Shown piece by piece: positions 27,221-36,411 of a DNA stretch of 47,083 nucleotides. The notes beneath the pieces were generated by a model. That model was not told the origin of the DNA. It worked only from the letters and a program-made list of their open reading frames with translations, and ran no database searches. Each line of letters starts with the position of its first letter. Within the stretch, counting starts at the first letter, position 1. Location: the IMG/VR virus record IMGVR_UViG_3300005804_000095, positions 1 through 47,083 of that record. One strand, given 5' to 3'. Both the position numbers and the translations under genes were made by a program. The DNA is from a virus. Its lineage: Duplodnaviria; Caudoviricetes.

Positions 27221-27502
27221 ATGCCTGAGAGCCAACAAATCGACCCTTGCAGCTCTCCGCACTCGCAAACCTGCAATTTCGCCAATGCCGCGGCGGAGAA
27301 GGCGGTGAAAAAAACCTTCGCCATCCTCGGGGTCGACATTGAGGATCCGAAGCAGGTGAGTGAGTTTCAGGAATCGCTGAGGTTTGGCGACAAGCTCAGG
27401 AAGGCAGCGGACCATGGAGTTTTCGTGCTGTTCGGCGCCCTGGTGGTTGCCCTGGCCGCGGCAGTCTGGGTGGGTGTGAAAACCAAGGTGACCGGACAAT
27501 GA
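27221..27502 (+). CDS. Single-TM membrane protein, lysis module (holin/antiholin-like)
   Basis: C-terminal TM helix, upstream of the endolysin; GGGAG RBS. Confidence 0.55.
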   Translation: MPESQQIDPCSSPHSQTCNFANAAAEKAVKKTFAILGVDIEDPKQVSEFQESLRFGDKLRKAADHGVFVLFGALVVALAAAVWVGVKTKVTGQ

Positions 27503-27541
27503 CCACCTGCTTTATCTGCCGGGAGAAGAGGAAAACTGATA

Positions 27542-27967
27542 ATGAGCAAAATCGACACCCTCGAACCATCATTCCGCAAACAGGTGGAAGAACTGCTCAC
27601 GGCCGCCGCCGATGCTACCGGCCTTAAATGGGTCATCACCAGCGGTCGCCGCACCATGGCCGAGCAGCAGTTGCTTTACGACCAGGGCAGGCTCATTCCC
27701 GGCAAGGTCGTGACGAACGCTAAGCCCGGATCCAGCGCCCACAACTTTGGTCTCGCCGCCGACCTGGCTCCGCTAAATCCTGAAACAGGGAAAGTCTGGT
27801 GGGAGGCGCCTAAAGGAAAGTGGCGTGCCATGGCGGACACAGCCCGGAAACTCGGTCTTGTCGCAGGCTATTACTTCAAGAGTATTTTCGACGCTCCGCA
27901 CGTGGAAGCCCCGAACTGGCGCGACGTGCGTGCCCAGTGGCAGGCGGGCAAAATCAAGGTCGTATAA
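27542..27967 (+). CDS. Endolysin, M15-family (L-Ala-D-Glu) peptidase
   Basis: SGRRT..EQ..LYDQGR, SAHNFGLAAD, DAPHVE. Confidence 0.88.
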   Translation: MSKIDTLEPSFRKQVEELLTAAADATGLKWVITSGRRTMAEQQLLYDQGRLIPGKVVTNAKPGSSAHNFGLAADLAPLNPETGKVWWEAPKGKWRAMADTARKLGLVAGYYFKSIFDAPHVEAPNWRDVRAQWQAGKIKVV

Positions 27968-27989
27968 GCAGGCGTTCCGGAGGTCACCC

Positions 27990-28223
27990 ATGCAGCGCAT
28001 CAAGCACATACTCATAATTTTCCAGGATAACGGCAAATGGAGCCTGTCCCGCATCTCCGCCGCCCTGGTGCTCCTGGTCAACCTGGTCTATGCCGCCTGG
28101 GTGGTCTACAACACCAAGGCGCTGCCGGACCTCCAGGCGGGCTGGCTCACGCTCATCCTGGCCCTATACGGCATCAATAAGACCACCGGCGTATTCGCGG
28201 CCGTCAAGAAGGTGGCCGAATGA
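27990..28223 (+). CDS. Putative holin (2 TM)
   Basis: D.GKWSLSRI followed by two hydrophobic helices; GGAGG RBS. Confidence 0.65.
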   Translation: MQRIKHILIIFQDNGKWSLSRISAALVLLVNLVYAAWVVYNTKALPDLQAGWLTLILALYGINKTTGVFAAVKKVAE

Positions 28224-28597
28224 TACCGCTCGCGACCCTGGGGACGAAATTCGCCGCCGACGTGAGGCACTGGATCATCGCCGGGCTGGCTCTTGCGGTC
28301 ATCGTGCTGGGGGTGTGGCTGCAGATCTCCCGAGCCCGCCTCGATGCGGCCCAGGCCCGAAACGAGGCCTCCGCCGCTAAAATCACCGCCCAGAACCAGG
28401 CAATCCAACAGTGGCAGGCTGCCGGAGAACAGGTGCGGAAACAGGTGGAGCAGGCCCAACAGGCCGCAGCCATGGCCCGAACCGAGAGCACCCGCAAGGT
28501 TGTCCGCCTCCAGACCGAACCGGTACCGGCAGAATGCGACCAGGCAGTGCAATGGGCGGCAGGCAAGGCGAACGAACTGGCGGAGGGATGGAGATGA
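28220..28597 (+). CDS. Putative i-spanin (Rz-like)
   Basis: N-terminal TM helix plus coiled coil, C-terminal Cys. Confidence 0.65.
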   Translation: MIPLATLGTKFAADVRHWIIAGLALAVIVLGVWLQISRARLDAAQARNEASAAKITAQNQAIQQWQAAGEQVRKQVEQAQQAAAMARTESTRKVVRLQTEPVPAECDQAVQWAAGKANELAEGWR

Positions 28598-28881
28598 TGG
28601 GATTTCCCAACTCAAAACTAAAAACTAAAAACTCAAAACTGTGCTTCGCCGCCGTCCTGTTTCTCCTGGCAACGGGATGCGCCGGCACTCCGACCGCCCT
28701 CGTCCCCGTGGCCACCCCCTGTCCGCAGCCGCCGCCGCTGGTCCGGCCGCACCTGGCCATCCAGGATATCAAGCCCGTCGCAGCGCCGGCCGAGGTGCTC
28801 CGGGCCTATGTCGTCACCGTCGAGCAGCTCCGGGGCTATGCCGAGGAACTCGAAATCATCATCAACGGGTACCGCAAATGA
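28594..28881 (+). CDS. Putative o-spanin lipoprotein (Rz1-like)
   Basis: Lipobox LATGC, Pro-rich VPVATPCPQPPPLVRP; follows the i-spanin. Confidence 0.7.
   Translation: MMGFPNSKLKTKNSKLCFAAVLFLLATGCAGTPTALVPVATPCPQPPPLVRPHLAIQDIKPVAAPAEVLRAYVVTVEQLRGYAEELEIIINGYRK
28609..28640. repeat. Heptamer tandem repeat AACT(C/A)AA x4.5
   Basis: AACTCAA AACTAAA AACTAAA AACTCAA AACT inside the o-spanin leader. Confidence 0.8.
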
Positions 28882-29225
28882 GCTTCCGCGACCTGGTCCA
28901 GTCCACCAACAAAGCCTTCCTCGCCGCCTTCGGCGAGCCCGTGACCTTCGTTTACGGCGCCGAAGCGGCCATCCCCGCCGATGCCATCGTCAACATCGTC
29001 GACCGGGTGCCCTGGCTCCTGGACAGCCAGGACCAGACCGTCTCCGATTCGCTCGAATTCGACCCGCCGGACGTCTCCTGGCTTACCGACGAGCTGGCGC
29101 AATACTGGCAGGTGACCGCCCGCGGCAAAACCTACGCCATCGCCGGCGTGGAGCGCAACGAAATGACCACTGTTCGGCTGAAACACATCCTCCCGGGGGA
29201 CATCGATGCTGATCAAGGATATTAA
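28878..29225 (+). CDS. Head-tail joining protein (gpFII-like)
   Basis: MSFRDL...AFGEPVTF...GKTYAI; ATGA overlap. Confidence 0.65.
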   Translation: MSFRDLVQSTNKAFLAAFGEPVTFVYGAEAAIPADAIVNIVDRVPWLLDSQDQTVSDSLEFDPPDVSWLTDELAQYWQVTARGKTYAIAGVERNEMTTVRLKHILPGDIDADQGY

Positions 29226-29628
29226 GGCCGCCATCCGTGAGCGGCTCCGTGACCACGTTACCGTCACCTCAGCGACCGTTAAGGACTACCCGGACCAGCC
29301 CGACACCTACGCCATGCAGCACGCCACGGCGGAGCTGCTGGTGCATTACCTGGAGTCCGAGGGGGGCAAGTCCCGCCGCGTAATCATGGGTGTGGTCGTG
29401 GTGACGCATACGCAGCCCGTCAATGACCGGTACCTGGCCGCGGTGCTGGCCATCCTGAACGGCCACCGTATCGGCGGGGCCCATGCCCTGGAATACGTCG
29501 AAGACGCCGTGCTCGGCTATGAGGCCGGCACCTGGAAGACGCTGATAAAGTTCGCGCTCGCCGCTCCGGTTCCGCCGGTTCCGGCCGCGGGCCTGACCGA
29601 TTATCTGCACCAGTTGGGAATCAACTAA
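29206..29628 (+). CDS. Tail terminator / completion protein
   Basis: Position before the tail tube gene; YPDQPDTY..H...LLVHY resembles Mu gp37-like proteins. Confidence 0.55.
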   Translation: MLIKDIKAAIRERLRDHVTVTSATVKDYPDQPDTYAMQHATAELLVHYLESEGGKSRRVIMGVVVVTHTQPVNDRYLAAVLAILNGHRIGGAHALEYVEDAVLGYEAGTWKTLIKFALAAPVPPVPAAGLTDYLHQLGIN

Positions 29629-29664
29629 AACCGCTGCCGGTACGCCGGCAAGAAGGAGGCACAC

Positions 29665-30432
29665 ATGCCACGCGCAGTTAGCACCGAGTATTTTTCCGGT
29701 CAGGGTATCGTCTACCTGGCGGAACTGACCAACGAGGTCCCGCAGGGGTTCGTCGATGTCGGAAACTGCCCGGACCTGAAAATTTCCCTGGAGGTCTCGA
29801 CGTTCGAGAAGAAAGAGTCCCGCACCGGCTCCCGCCTTGTCGCCCTGCGGCAGACCACGGACAAGAAGGCGACCATTGCTTTTACCCTGGACAGCTTCAC
29901 CAAGGAGAACCTGCAGAAGGCGCTTTTCGGCACGCTCACCACTGTTGCCAGCGGCGCTGTCACGGACAGCCCGGTTGTTGCCCGGTTGGGAAAGGTGGTC
30001 CCGCTGCCGGACATCAAGGTCTCCAGTGTCGTGGTGAAAGACGCCGCCACCGGCCTCATCACCTATGAGCTGGACAAGAACTACACCGTCAACCTCGAAA
30101 CCGGGTCGCTCTACATCATGACCGCTGCCGAGCAGACCGCCGCCAGCGCGGCGAGCGCCATCGCGGAAAGCGATGCGCTGGAAGTGTCGTATAGCCGTGA
30201 AGCACAGGTCAACATCGAATCGTTTGGCCAGGCCGAGAAGGAATACGCGCTCCGGTTCGAGGGGCTCAACACCGCCGACATCAATGAGCCGGTTGTGGTC
30301 ACCGCCCACAAGGTGCGCCTTTCCCCGCTCAAGACCCTGGCGCTTATTTCGGACGAAACCGGCACGCTGGACATGGAGGCGCCGATCCTGGCGACCACCG
30401 CCGGCAAGTTCGTCACCATCCAGAAACTGTAG
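29665..30432 (+). CDS. Major tail tube protein
   Basis: YFSGQG.VY, DVGNC..L, LRFEGLNTA motifs; AAGGAGG RBS. Confidence 0.8.
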   Translation: MPRAVSTEYFSGQGIVYLAELTNEVPQGFVDVGNCPDLKISLEVSTFEKKESRTGSRLVALRQTTDKKATIAFTLDSFTKENLQKALFGTLTTVASGAVTDSPVVARLGKVVPLPDIKVSSVVVKDAATGLITYELDKNYTVNLETGSLYIMTAAEQTAASAASAIAESDALEVSYSREAQVNIESFGQAEKEYALRFEGLNTADINEPVVVTAHKVRLSPLKTLALISDETGTLDMEAPILATTAGKFVTIQKL

Positions 30433-30437
30433 AAAGC

Positions 30438-30497
30438 GGGGGCTGGGGGCTGGGGACTGGAACTTCCCTAGCCCCTGGCCCCCCATCCCTAGCCCCC
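30438..30497. repeat. Heptamer-repeat hairpin
   Basis: GGGGGCT GGGGGCT GGGGACT GG aactt CCCTAGC CCCTGGC CCCCCAT CCCTAGC. Confidence 0.75.
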
Positions 30498-30506
30498 GGG
30501 GTCATC

Positions 30507-33500
30507 ATGTCCGTCCAACAGCTCATAGCCCAAATCGACAACGTCCTCGCCGATGCGGAAGTCTCCGCCTCCGCCGTGCTCCCCTCCACCAGCATCCGGT
30601 CCCTCGGCATGACCCGCCAGGGGACCGGCCTCGTCCTGCTGGGAGGGGAATATTCCGGGCACGAGACGGCGGACTATGACGTGGAGATCGTGAGCGGCTC
30701 CGGTACCGGCCGGGCCTCCTCACCAAAGTTCAGCGGTGTCGGCTCCGGCTCGCTCTCCGTCGCCCAGGCGGACATCCCGGCGCAGGAGGTCACCCTCACC
30801 CTGGTGCAGCCTCCCTTTGCCGGGACCCTGGCAGAGTGCCTGGTGGGCTCGGACGTGCTCCGCTCCGTGCCCGCCGGCGCGGACGGCAACCGGATCCGCA
30901 TCGAGGTGGACGCCTCCGGGCTCTCCCTCGCTCCCTCCGGAGCCGCGACCCTGGAGGAGATAGCAGCGGAGCAGGACGAGTTGACCGGCTACCTATGGGA
31001 CATCGAGGGGGTTATCACCGCAACCGACCTGTCAGGCAACGTGCCTGCAGCCGCTCCCAGGGTGCGCTTCGGCTCCGACCCTCAGGTCTACCGGGTGGTG
31101 CGGGACTATCGCGGCGGCCAGGTCAAAACACTGCTCACCCCTGCCGCGGTGCGGGTCATCCCCAAGGGAACACCGATTTTTGTCGTCTCGGGATACTACT
31201 TCGTAACGGTCACCGGCGAGGGGCTCGGCACCGGCGGCGCGGATATCGTCGAGAGCTACGGCCAGGCTGCCCAGATTGTAACCGGCCATGACCTGCTGCT
31301 GGCGCTGATTGCCTCGGGGCTGCTCAGACCGGCATTCACCCCGGCGCCGGTCACCACGCCGGGCGGAAACGCCCGTACCGACCTGCCCGTCACCACCGGA
31401 GCCTATGCCCTCATCGAGGAGGCAAGCGTCGCCGGAGTCCGGCCGCTGGACCTCTCCGCCCGCGCCGCGGCAACGGCGGATACCATTACCTTCCAGTGCA
31501 AGGGCAACGGAGCCTGGAGTGTGGCCGGCGCGGCCCTGGGAGTGTTGCCGGACGCGCGGGAAGGGGAGCGCTACGCGCCGGCGGCCTCGCCGGTGCTGCT
31601 GACTATCCCGGTTCGTCCGGTTACGGGAGGCGACGGCGCAATAAGGGATGTGGAATTGAGCGAGGTTGCTCTCGTGAGCCGCACCGCGGGCGAGTTGCTG
31701 CCGAACATCTGTATCGAGGGCAAGCTGGGGATTAACGCGGCCCCGAAGACCATTACCGCGACCTACACGAAGCGGCCGGACCCGAACGACTGTCTCTGCA
31801 GCGAGGTTGACAACCCGCGCTGGAGCTCGTCCTGTCTCGGGCTGGACCTGATAATTGACGAAGGGGGTGATATTTTGGATGCGGAATATCAGACCCGCTT
31901 GAAGTCCCTCTACGAGTGGCAGAGGGACTTTATCGGCGGGAACACTGAGCTGAGGCCAATCCAGGTTTACCAGTATCTGATTAGCGGCACACCGCCCTGG
32001 CAGGTGCACGCGGGCACGCCGCGGCTCGCAACCGCCGCCGAGGGCACGACCTTGTATGGGGCCAACTGGCTCGGGACAGTAAAACCGATCAATGCCGACA
32101 CAATAGCGGCGGATCTTGCGAGGACATTCCCGGCCGTGGAGAATGGACAGTACGCCGGCGTCTACGTCTCCGGCAAAACCGGGGCGGACGCCTCCGACAT
32201 CCGGCTGTGCCAGGAGATCACCGTCGTCCTGGCCGCATGCCTGGCCGAGGTCTACGCCAATGTAGACGGACGTACCGCCTGGGATGCCATGTTCGCCGGC
32301 GTACAGACCGAAATGACTGCGCTGGCGACCGATACCGGCATCCTGGGGGCCGACGCAAGCAAGGAGTTCCTTTCCAAGTACCAGGCGGGGGCCGATTACG
32401 TGCTTACCTGCGCCGGCATCGTGCCGGGAAAAACTAATCCTGCCGGCGGAGTTGTAACCGGCTGCTGGCAGGATATCGATGGAGAGGATTACTGGTGGGT
32501 CCTCTCCGACGGTTACGCCCCGGCGTTCACCAACGTGGAATATTACTCCATCCGGGCCGGGTCCTACGAGCCCACCAGGGAGTTCGGCTTTCAAATCCGC
32601 TGCGCCTGCGAAGTGCGGCTCAAAGAAGGCGACCGCATCACCATCAATATCGGCGGTGCGCTCGCCTCCACTGTCTGGGGGAGCTCGGAGAAGCTGGTCG
32701 TCACGGTCATCCCCTCGCGGCCGCTGTATGCCGTCGGGGGGATGGATGCCGACGATACCGAGCAGTGGACCGTGGCGGCCCGGGACGGCGCAAACAACCC
32801 GCTCCCGGCCGCGAGCCTCACCGCGGCAAACCGGCACTACTCAGCCTCCGGCCTGGTCTTCGACCTCCCGGCCGGGGGCATCCCCTTTGCCCTGGGTGAC
32901 AAGTTCGACTTCACCGTCGAGGGCGGCACCTTCCGCTGGCGCAAAAACGCCGGCGCATGGTCCGCGGCCGCGAACATAGCCGACGGCGGCGCCGCGCTGG
33001 AGCTGGGGCTGTCGGCATCTTTCCCAGCCGGTCCGTCTCCGTCGTTCGTCGCCGGCGACCTCTACCGGTTCCGGGCGCTCCAGGAGGCGGCCCCGACGAT
33101 GATCCTGGCGCCCGACGCCTACGCCTGGCAGTGGCAGACCGGCCCGGCGACCATCACTATGACCTGGGCCGTGGCGAGGGATATCTCATCCCTGGCCATA
33201 ACCCACGAACTCCCGGCGGGCACGACCGTATCTGCCGAGATTACCGGAGACGGTGTCATTTGGCAACCTCTCCCCTGGCTCAATGCCGTCACCCTGCGGG
33301 AGCGGCTGCACCTGGCGGCCGGAGCGAAAATCTCCGCCGTGGGCCTGCGCCTCACCTTCAGCCAACCGGGCGCGGTCCGCTGGGTATGGGCGGGCGAGCC
33401 GTTCCAGCCCGAGCACAACGCGGACCTGCGGCTCAGGCACCTGTACGACATGACGCGGGCCAAGGTTGCCGGCGCTGCTGCACTGCTGGCCGAGGGAACC

Positions 33501-33761
33501 GGCGCAAGCCTCGAATGGAACATCCTGTCAGTGGAGGATGCCGGGCTTCTGGCGGGCCTGGTGCGCAGCCAGAAGCTGCTCGGCGACGTCCCGCTCATCC
33601 TGGTGCCGCACCTGCTCCACCTGGACGAGGCGTTCCTCTGCCGTATTGATGGCGACGATTGCGAGATAGCGGACGAATTCAATTACGAGCCCGACGACAG
33701 CGCCCGGCGGATGCTGTCCGCCTCGCTGGAGCTGGCTCCGGAATGGAGGGCCGTGGTATGA
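30507..33761 (+). CDS. Large multidomain tail protein (beta-rich; C-terminal carbohydrate-binding/Dit-like region)
   Basis: 1084 aa in the tail module; recurring F..GD.F.F strands; no confident family. Confidence 0.65.
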   Translation: MSVQQLIAQIDNVLADAEVSASAVLPSTSIRSLGMTRQGTGLVLLGGEYSGHETADYDVEIVSGSGTGRASSPKFSGVGSGSLSVAQADIPAQEVTLTLVQPPFAGTLAECLVGSDVLRSVPAGADGNRIRIEVDASGLSLAPSGAATLEEIAAEQDELTGYLWDIEGVITATDLSGNVPAAAPRVRFGSDPQVYRVVRDYRGGQVKTLLTPAAVRVIPKGTPIFVVSGYYFVTVTGEGLGTGGADIVESYGQAAQIVTGHDLLLALIASGLLRPAFTPAPVTTPGGNARTDLPVTTGAYALIEEASVAGVRPLDLSARAAATADTITFQCKGNGAWSVAGAALGVLPDAREGERYAPAASPVLLTIPVRPVTGGDGAIRDVELSEVALVSRTAGELLPNICIEGKLGINAAPKTITATYTKRPDPNDCLCSEVDNPRWSSSCLGLDLIIDEGGDILDAEYQTRLKSLYEWQRDFIGGNTELRPIQVYQYLISGTPPWQVHAGTPRLATAAEGTTLYGANWLGTVKPINADTIAADLARTFPAVENGQYAGVYVSGKTGADASDIRLCQEITVVLAACLAEVYANVDGRTAWDAMFAGVQTEMTALATDTGILGADASKEFLSKYQAGADYVLTCAGIVPGKTNPAGGVVTGCWQDIDGEDYWWVLSDGYAPAFTNVEYYSIRAGSYEPTREFGFQIRCACEVRLKEGDRITINIGGALASTVWGSSEKLVVTVIPSRPLYAVGGMDADDTEQWTVAARDGANNPLPAASLTAANRHYSASGLVFDLPAGGIPFALGDKFDFTVEGGTFRWRKNAGAWSAAANIADGGAALELGLSASFPAGPSPSFVAGDLYRFRALQEAAPTMILAPDAYAWQWQTGPATITMTWAVARDISSLAITHELPAGTTVSAEITGDGVIWQPLPWLNAVTLRERLHLAAGAKISAVGLRLTFSQPGAVRWVWAGEPFQPEHNADLRLRHLYDMTRAKVAGAAALLAEGTGASLEWNILSVEDAGLLAGLVRSQKLLGDVPLILVPHLLHLDEAFLCRIDGDDCEIADEFNYEPDDSARRMLSASLELAPEWRAVV

Positions 33762-34033
33762 CCGTGACCATCCGGACCACCCCTCCTGTCGTTCTGACCC
33801 GCCCGGGCAGGCTCATCGGTATCGGCGCGGTCCGCGGGAGCCTGTCACCGGCCGCCGAAAACGCCACCTGCGGCGTCACCCTGGACAACGGCGACGGCCA
33901 CTTTTCGGCCCTGTTCGCCATGCCGCCCCTGGGGGTGCAGGTCGATATTGAGGACGGCGGGGGGGACATCTTCAGCGGGGCCGTGACCTCCTGCAAACTG
34001 TCCGCAACCTGTGACCTGGAGTGCGAATCATGA
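33758..34033 (+). CDS. Small tail-tip protein
   Basis: ATGA overlaps on both sides; VTLDNGDG.F motif. Confidence 0.6.
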   Translation: MTVTIRTTPPVVLTRPGRLIGIGAVRGSLSPAAENATCGVTLDNGDGHFSALFAMPPLGVQVDIEDGGGDIFSGAVTSCKLSATCDLECES

Positions 34034-35337
34034 GCCTGCTGCTGCCGCTATCCCGCCCGGTGCCGCTCAGGGATACCACCGCCTGGGGACGGTTCGCCTC
34101 GGTCCGGACCCTGCCACGGGTCTACGGCCGGGCCATCGTGGAGCCGGTGCCCTATGACGATACCGGCAGGCTGTTCGTCGTGGCGGACCATCCGATCGGC
34201 GGCATCGCTTCGGTGTCCCGCGACGGTGTGCCGGTAACCGCCTGGCGCCTGCGTCACGCTCCGGACGCAACCGGCCGCACCGTGGCCTTCCTGGAGCTGC
34301 AGACCGCCATCAGCAAAGAATCGCTCACCGTCACCCTGGACGGCCTGCTGCACCCTATCACCGGCCAGGCAATGACCAATCCCGCGGACGTGGCCTGGGA
34401 CCTGCTGCAGTGGGCCACTGGTCGCACCATAGACCGCGGCCGGTTCGCCCTTTGGGCTGCGGCCTGCCGGCGGGCTGGCATCGAGGCGCACGGCTCTGTC
34501 ACCAACGCCTCCGAGACCATCAGGGCGCTGTTGGACGCCATTGCGGAAAGCAGCGGCTCCCTCTGGTCCGGGGCCATGCCGGGGTTCGGCCGCCTGCTGC
34601 CGGATCTGGAGGGGGGCAACGCCGCAGGGTGGACTACCCCCCGAACTGCCATCTCCGCCGTATCCAGCAACGCCCGCCTTGACGACATCGCCACCGTGGT
34701 CACGGTCCGGTTCGGCTACGATTGGGCTGCAGGCGACTACACCGGCAGCGTCACCTATCACGCCCCCGAGGCGATAAAGGTATACGGCAGCATCGAAGAG
34801 GTAATCGAGGCCCCCTGGTGCCCCACGCCCCGCCAGGCCGCCCGGCTGGCCGAGGCCCACTGCAAGCGGCTCTCAGGCGCCCGCTGGGAGACTACCCTCG
34901 ACGGTGACCGCTCCCTGGCCGGCATCGAGGTCGGCTCCACCGTTGCCGCATCTTACCCCCTGCTGCCCGGCGGGGTTGTGTCCGGAGCCCTCGTCACCGG
35001 CATCGACCGGGACCACGAGACCGGCGCAATGACCCTGACCCTGGACCACCCGGCAGGGCCTGCCGAGGCCGTGGAGATAGCAGGCTGGTCCGGACGGTTC
35101 ACCACCGCGGCTCCGGCAGGGACAAAGGTGGTCATCGGGCAGGGCTCCATCAGCCTCACCATCGCCGACGATACGGGCGCGGCTCTCTCGGGTGCGGTCG
35201 CAATCCTGGACGGCACAAAGACGGCCATTGCCGACGCCTCGGGCCGCGTGACCTTCAGCGGGGTGAAGTCAGGCAAACACACCATCGAGATCCGGGCGAC
35301 CGGTTATGCGCCCTACACCATCGAGGTGACGGTATGA
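34030..35337 (+). CDS. Tail tip/hub protein with C-terminal carboxypeptidase-regulatory-like Ig domain
   Basis: LPRVYG, TNPADV..DLL; C-terminal GA.....G.....DASG...F..V..G..TI...A.GY. Confidence 0.7.
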   Translation: MSLLLPLSRPVPLRDTTAWGRFASVRTLPRVYGRAIVEPVPYDDTGRLFVVADHPIGGIASVSRDGVPVTAWRLRHAPDATGRTVAFLELQTAISKESLTVTLDGLLHPITGQAMTNPADVAWDLLQWATGRTIDRGRFALWAAACRRAGIEAHGSVTNASETIRALLDAIAESSGSLWSGAMPGFGRLLPDLEGGNAAGWTTPRTAISAVSSNARLDDIATVVTVRFGYDWAAGDYTGSVTYHAPEAIKVYGSIEEVIEAPWCPTPRQAARLAEAHCKRLSGARWETTLDGDRSLAGIEVGSTVAASYPLLPGGVVSGALVTGIDRDHETGAMTLTLDHPAGPAEAVEIAGWSGRFTTAAPAGTKVVIGQGSISLTIADDTGAALSGAVAILDGTKTAIADASGRVTFSGVKSGKHTIEIRATGYAPYTIEVTV

Positions 35338-35825
35338 AGACGCTGATACTGCCCGGGCCGAAAAGGGAGCTGGGGGTCAGGTTGAACAAAGAGTCCGTCA
35401 TCCCGGCCGCATCCGGGCCGCCGGCGGCATGCACCCCGCAGATCACCGGGCTGGTGCTGCCGATGGACTACAACGCGACCGAGATATGCCGGGCTGTTCA
35501 GACTCCGTCGAGCTATTCATGTCCGTACGATAGCTTTAATTTCATAGCAGTCAAACTGGACGGAGACACCTGCGGCCTGCCAGTCACCTGGCGCACCGAT
35601 TGGGAGCCAGGTGATTATGTCTACCCGATGACCTACCCGCTGTTTTTTGATTTCGGCCAGGTGGGCGTGGTCGCGTGGACGCACAAGTACGCCCTGGACA
35701 CCGCCTCCGGGCTCTACTACTACAAGGCCACGGTCCGGACCGGAGTGGTGCGGGTCTGGGCCACCTGCAACGGCCAGGAGTACGGCCCGGTAACCATCAC
35801 GCTATCAGGAGGTCTGCCGACATAA
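35334..35825 (+). CDS. Hypothetical tail-module protein
   Basis: ATGA overlap; Cys/Tyr-rich, 163 aa. Confidence 0.6.
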   Translation: MKTLILPGPKRELGVRLNKESVIPAASGPPAACTPQITGLVLPMDYNATEICRAVQTPSSYSCPYDSFNFIAVKLDGDTCGLPVTWRTDWEPGDYVYPMTYPLFFDFGQVGVVAWTHKYALDTASGLYYYKATVRTGVVRVWATCNGQEYGPVTITLSGGLPT

Positions 35826-35992
35826 TGCCGCCGCTCGAAGAACCGTTGAAGAAGAGGGAACAGCCCGCGACGCAATCAGCCCCGGCCCCGCGTCCCTGGC
35901 CCACGGCCGAGAATATGCTCAGGCATAACCGCGGGCCGAATGTCGGGTGCTGCAGCAGGCCGACGAACAGGGAAATGCAAAGGAGAACATAA
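35825..35992 (+). CDS. Small hypothetical protein
   Basis: TAATG coupling upstream and abuts the next ATG; 55 aa. Confidence 0.45.
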   Translation: MPPLEEPLKKREQPATQSAPAPRPWPTAENMLRHNRGPNVGCCSRPTNREMQRRT

Positions 35993-36367
35993 ATGCCGCT
36001 CATCGAAACAGTAACCATCGAAGACAAGACCGTCACCGTCCGCGAGCTCACCATCCGCGAGATCTACGGCGCCGACCTGACCCCGCCGAAAGAACCCGAG
36101 CTGGTGCCGCTCTATTTCGCCCTGGACATGGACTATCCCCTGGTGATCGCCGCGGCCGACGTCCCGGCCGAATACCTGGCGCAACTTTGCCCGTCCGACG
36201 TGGACCGGGTCGCGGAGGCCTTCCGGAAAGCCAACCCTTTTTTGGAAAAGCCGCTCGTAAAGCAAAGCAGGGAGCGGCAAAGGGAGATCCTCGTGAGCAG
36301 CTATTCCGCGCTGTTTGTCACCTCGTTACGGCGGGCCATGGACCAGGAGCCTGGGACTACACAATGA
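35993..36367 (+). CDS. Tail assembly chaperone (gpG-like)
   Basis: VTVRELTIREI, L.PSD...V......NPF motifs; AAGGAG RBS. Confidence 0.75.
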   Translation: MPLIETVTIEDKTVTVRELTIREIYGADLTPPKEPELVPLYFALDMDYPLVIAAADVPAEYLAQLCPSDVDRVAEAFRKANPFLEKPLVKQSRERQREILVSSYSALFVTSLRRAMDQEPGTTQ

Positions 36368-36411
36368 GGGAGTTCATCTGGGCGTGCGAGGCCCTGGGAG
36401 GGAAGAAATGA
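35993..36411 (+). CDS. Tail assembly chaperone -1 frameshift product (gpGT-like)
   Basis: Slippery C CCT TTT TTG at 36235-36244; -1 frame open to 36411 with L..AGH...AWDY...F. Confidence 0.65.

Noticed and set aside
25628-27499. 623-aa minus-strand ORF (likewise 31032-32837, 39792-41117, 13976-15248, 16607-17848)
   Set aside because: Antisense shadows typical of high-GC coding regions, opposite well-supported genes.
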